Source: an uncultured Planctomycetia bacterium (lineage in GTDB: Bacteria > Omnitrophota > Gorgyraeia > S143-82). Taken from it: 56,841 nt of DNA. A program made the position numbers and the translations under genes. How positions within the stretch are numbered: the stretch's first letter is position 1; each line of letters opens with the position of its first letter. Under the pieces are notes generated by a model. The model ran no database searches. It was not told the origin of the DNA and worked only from the letters and a program-made list of their open reading frames with translations. This document shows positions 53,394 through 56,841 of this stretch, one piece after another. The stretch spans positions 76,262 to 133,102 of the forward strand of contig CAYXYY010000030.1 in assembly GCA_964469495.1 (NCBI GenBank), written 5' to 3'.

Positions 53394-56129
53394 TTATCTG
53401 CCACAACACTTCTTATATTTTTTCCCGCTTCCACAGGGGCACGGCGCATTTCTTGGTATCTTTTCTCCGGGTTTGGATACATAACCCTTGTCATTAAGTG
53501 CCGTATCCGACGGGCCGGACGTTTTTGCCTTCTGGGCATCAAAGACAGAACGCACTTTTCTTTGAACGTCTATCTTTACATTAAATATACGGGCAACTAT
53601 CTCACTTTTCATGCTGTCCATAGTTGCAGAAAACATAGTAAATGCCTCCTGCTTATATTCTATTATAGGATCCATATTACCATAACGACGCAAATCTATG
53701 CTTTCCTTCAGGAGGTCCATTGAATGCAGATGTTCTTTCCAAGATTTGTCTATGACCTGTAAAACAGCCATTTTCATAAACTCAGCCAAGGCCTCTTTGT
53801 CTTCAACCGAATCAAACTTTTTCTCCAACTCTTCCTGCGCCTTGTCAAAACACAAATCTGCAATCTCATTTTTGTCTTTGCCTGCAAACGCATCCTCTGA
53901 AATATTTACAGAAAAGACCCGCTTCATCATTGATACCAATCCAGACAGGTCCCACTCATCTGAATGAACACCTGCGGGCAAATAAACCTCAACAGACGAA
54001 TAAATAATCTCATCTGCCAAGTCCATAATCATATCTTTGAGTTCCTGAATATCTGCAAACAGGACATTTCTGCGCATAGCGTAAACCACTTCGCGCTGTT
54101 TATTCATGACGTTGTCCAGTTCCAACAGGTTTTTTCTAATCTCGAAATGATGGCCCTCAACCCGTTTTTGCGCAAGCTCTATTGATTTGCTTATCATCGG
54201 ATGTTCCAGTCTCTCTCCTTCCTGCAGGCCCAGTTTTTCCATCATAGGGCCCAATCTATCAGACCCAAACAAACGCATCAAATCGTCGTCCAAAGCAACA
54301 TAAAAACGGGACGACCCGGGATCTCCCTGCCTTCCTGAACGGCCTCTCAACTGATTATCTATTCGCCTGGATTCATTTCTCTCTGCGCCAATAACGTGCA
54401 AACCGCCAAGTTCCTTGACCTTTGCCTGTTCCTCTTTTGCCCTATCAAAAAACTCCTCTCTCATAGCATCAATCAGTCGTTGTTTTTCGTCCTCTGGCAT
54501 ATCCGAGTCCACTGTCTCTGCATAGGACTGCAACAAAAATTCTGGATTTCCACCAAGCAGGATATCCGTGCCACGGCCTGCCATATTAGTAGCAATAGTT
54601 ATGGCCTTATAACGCCCTGCCTGCGCAACGATGTGCGCCTCTCTCTCATGATATTTGGCATTTAAGACCTCGTGAGGGATACCCTTTAGTTTTAACAAGT
54701 TGCTCAAATACTCCGACTTTTCAATTGACGTTGTGCCAACCAACACAGGCCGGCCTTTTGAATGCATATCTATAATTTCCTCAACAATAGCATTGTACTT
54801 TTCCTTTTGCGTTTTAAAAATAACATCTGGATAATTTTCGCGCCTCAAAGGTTTATTTGTCGGAATAACGACCACGTCTAAATCGTATATTTTGTTAAAT
54901 TCCGCCGCCTCTGTGGCAGCTGTTCCCGTCATACCGGCAAGCTTCTTATACAACCTGAAATAGTTTTGCAAGGTAATCGTCGCCAATGTCTGGTTTTCCC
55001 GTTCTATCTGCACGCCTTCCTTTGCCTCAACCGCCTGATGAAGCCCGTCAGACCAGCGCCTGCCCGGCATAAGCCTTCCGGTAAACTCGTCTACGATAAT
55101 CACCTTGCCGTCTTTTATTACATAATCAACGTCTCGTTTGAAAAGGAAGTGGGCCTTCAAGGCCTGATTAATATGATGCTTCAATTCCATCGTATCTATC
55201 TCATGAAGATTATCCACACCCAAAAGCTTTGCCGCCGCTGCCTCTCCTTGCTCTGTTAAATAAGCAGCCCTGGATTTTTCGTCTACAATATAATCGCCGG
55301 TTTCTTCCTTTGTCTCCTCATTTCTTTCTCCCCTGCGCAAATAAGGAATAATTTTGTTGATTTTATAATACAGTTCCGTTGATTCTTCTGCAGGGCCGGA
55401 AATAATAAGCGGTGTTCTTGCTTCGTCTATCAATATGCTATCCACCTCATCTACAATGGCATAATGAAGCTCCCTTTGAACCATATTTTCCCTGCGCACA
55501 ACCATGTTATCCCGCAAATAATCAAACCCGAATTCGTTGTTCGTCCCATAAACTATATCGCAATCATAGACCTTTTCCCTGTCCCATGGCGGCAAGTCAT
55601 GCTGCAAAATACCAACGGAAAGGCCCAAAAACTCATAAATAGGGCCCATCCATTCCGCATCGCGCCGAGCGAGATAATCATTAACCGTAACAATATGAAC
55701 CCCTCTTCCCATAATGGCATTCAGGTAAGCAGGAAGGGTCGCGACAAGCGTTTTACCTTCACCTGTTGCCATCTCTGCTATCTTACCTTCATGCAAAACA
55801 AGGCCACCTATAATTTGAACATCAAAGTGTCTCATATTTAAAAGCCTTCGGCTGACTTCCCTGACAACAGCAAAGGCTTCAGGCAGGATTTCACGCAATG
55901 CCTTTTGCTCTGCCTTAAAAACAGATTGCTCATCATTGGCATCTGCGTGCTTTGCCACAAAATCCTTAACAAAGTTCCTGAAATGTTCTGTCTTAGATTT
56001 CAGTTCCTCATCAGACAATTCCCGAATCTCAGGTTCCAAGGCATTAACCTGTTCAACAACCTTTCTTGCCTTTTTTAACTGACGTTCATTATAGGTGCCT
56101 ATTATCTTATTCAGTATAAAATTAAACAT
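53394..56129 (-). CDS. secA: Preprotein translocase ATPase SecA
   Basis: [58 protein letters not shown]-terminal [14 protein letters not shown]. Confidence 0.98.
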   Translation of the reverse strand: MFNFILNKIIGTYNERQLKKARKVVEQVNALEPEIRELSDEELKSKTEHFRNFVKDFVAKHADANDEQSVFKAEQKALREILPEAFAVVREVSRRLLNMRHFDVQIIGGLVLHEGKIAEMATGEGKTLVATLPAYLNAIMGRGVHIVTVNDYLARRDAEWMGPIYEFLGLSVGILQHDLPPWDREKVYDCDIVYGTNNEFGFDYLRDNMVVRRENMVQRELHYAIVDEVDSILIDEARTPLIISGPAEESTELYYKINKIIPYLRRGERNEETKEETGDYIVDEKSRAAYLTEQGEAAAAKLLGVDNLHEIDTMELKHHINQALKAHFLFKRDVDYVIKDGKVIIVDEFTGRLMPGRRWSDGLHQAVEAKEGVQIERENQTLATITLQNYFRLYKKLAGMTGTAATEAAEFNKIYDLDVVVIPTNKPLRRENYPDVIFKTQKEKYNAIVEEIIDMHSKGRPVLVGTTSIEKSEYLSNLLKLKGIPHEVLNAKYHEREAHIVAQAGRYKAITIATNMAGRGTDILLGGNPEFLLQSYAETVDSDMPEDEKQRLIDAMREEFFDRAKEEQAKVKELGGLHVIGAERNESRRIDNQLRGRSGRQGDPGSSRFYVALDDDLMRLFGSDRLGPMMEKLGLQEGERLEHPMISKSIELAQKRVEGHHFEIRKNLLELDNVMNKQREVVYAMRRNVLFADIQELKDMIMDLADEIIYSSVEVYLPAGVHSDEWDLSGLVSMMKRVFSVNISEDAFAGKDKNEIADLCFDKAQEELEKKFDSVEDKEALAEFMKMAVLQVIDKSWKEHLHSMDLLKESIDLRRYGNMDPIIEYKQEAFTMFSATMDSMKSEIVARIFNVKIDVQRKVRSVFDAQKAKTSGPSDTALNDKGYVSKPGEKIPRNAPCPCGSGKKYKKCCGR

Positions 56130-56182
56130 TTAAACCTCCATAATACAAAAAATAAAACCGTCTGCATCAAATCGTAAACCTA

Positions 56183-56191
56183 ATTATATCA
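56183..56191 (-). promoter_or_regulatory. Extended -10 promoter of secA
   Basis: TGATATAAT about 55 nt upstream of the ATG; SD GGAGG. Confidence 0.55.
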
Positions 56192-56355
56192 CATAGACTG
56201 GATATTACGAAATTATAGACATGGCATATTGGGTCACAACAATGCCTAAAAATTTCTTCGTGGTTTTAGCAAAAAAACGTATTTGTTCTCTTTGTTTTTA
56301 CAGAGCGAAAATTTACAAGAAAAGTCATTCCGTTTGCCAATCAGATACAGATGTG

Positions 56356-56841
56356 TTAGCTGGCGGGTTCAACTAAATAATCGCTTATATTCCTGCTTTC
56401 TATATCAAATCCTATTCCAAGTAAAATCACTTCCCGGCCAGAGCCTTTATATCTATCCGCATAGCCCTTTTCCTTTATCTGATCTAGGGCATCTTGGGCA
56501 TTGTCCCCTATCTTCATCTCTATGATGTATACCTTATTCTCTAACTCCACTACTATATCTATCCTGCCCCTGTTTGTCCTCACCTCTGCCCCTGTCCTTA
56601 ATCCCAAAAGGTGGAAAATCAAATACGCTGTTGTCTGATAATACTGCTCTTTATCCCTTATTCTGTCTGTGATATCATACGGCACATTGGCATATATCCT
56701 CTTTAACCACTCCATAAAACCCTCTATATCGCCTTCCTTAAGATAGGCCTGCGCATCATACTCTCCAATGGTATGGCTATCATCACCATAAATATATGCC
56801 TTTGCCACTGCGTTGATAAAGGCCTTCTCCACCTCGTAATT
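56356..56841 (-). CDS. C-terminal PD-(D/E)XK nuclease domain of an AAA-ATPase-like protein (partial; 5' end outside the window)
   Basis: Frame open to the window edge (NYEVEKAF..); EQYYQT, RTNRGRIDIV..VYIIEMK, ALDQIKEKGYA..Y, LLGIGF. Confidence 0.85.
   Translation of the reverse strand, partial: NYEVEKAFINAVAKAYIYGDDSHTIGEYDAQAYLKEGDIEGFMEWLKRIYANVPYDITDRIRDKEQYYQTTAYLIFHLLGLRTGAEVRTNRGRIDIVVELENKVYIIEMKIGDNAQDALDQIKEKGYADRYKGSGREVILLGIGFDIESRNISDYLVEPAS

Noticed and set aside
1-56841. CRISPR arrays, rRNA, IS/transposases, selenocysteine readthrough and the many short antisense ORFs in the track
   Set aside because: No regularly spaced repeats, rRNA motifs or transposase motifs were seen; no recognised gene is broken by an in-frame TGA; the short ORFs overlap well-supported genes on the other strand or frame.

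Overview
56.8 kb of chromosomal DNA from a moderately AT-rich, anaerobic Gram-negative bacterium. The best guess is Candidatus Omnitrophota (PVC group); this is inferred from gene content (Lys/Ala histone-H1-like protein, LpxL-ELM1 fusion, trimmed AspS/PheT, PurS-like-fused PurL, a large exported multidomain protein) and was not database-checked. Most of the window is housekeeping: aspS, pheST, rplT, purL/B/M, murB-ddl-ftsQ-ftsA, mrdA, bioD, mrp, nadA, mnmA, cysE/K, rlmD, era, pyrE, secA, plus tRNA-Leu(CAA) and tRNA-Arg(ACG). It also holds a four-subunit NAD-linked [FeFe]-hydrogenase operon, a rubredoxin/PagL/TtuB/TtuA/flavin disulfide reductase/CysK cluster and a CHASE2-PP2C plus STAS-kinase partner-switch module. 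No CRISPR array, rRNA or transposase was seen. The strongest candidate for an undescribed system is a four-gene operon with its own promoter (20033-24086): FabK/FabX-like flavoenzyme, membrane-anchored alpha/beta hydrolase, LuxI/FeeM-fold acyltransferase and adenylate-forming ligase, which could make an N-acyl signal or lipid. Other notable items: a 1243-aa exported protein with TraB/ChaN-like and HExxH motifs, an apparent CUG start for cysE, a helicase-dead PriA and a candidate structured RNA near 35140-35270. All functional calls come from motif recognition by eye.
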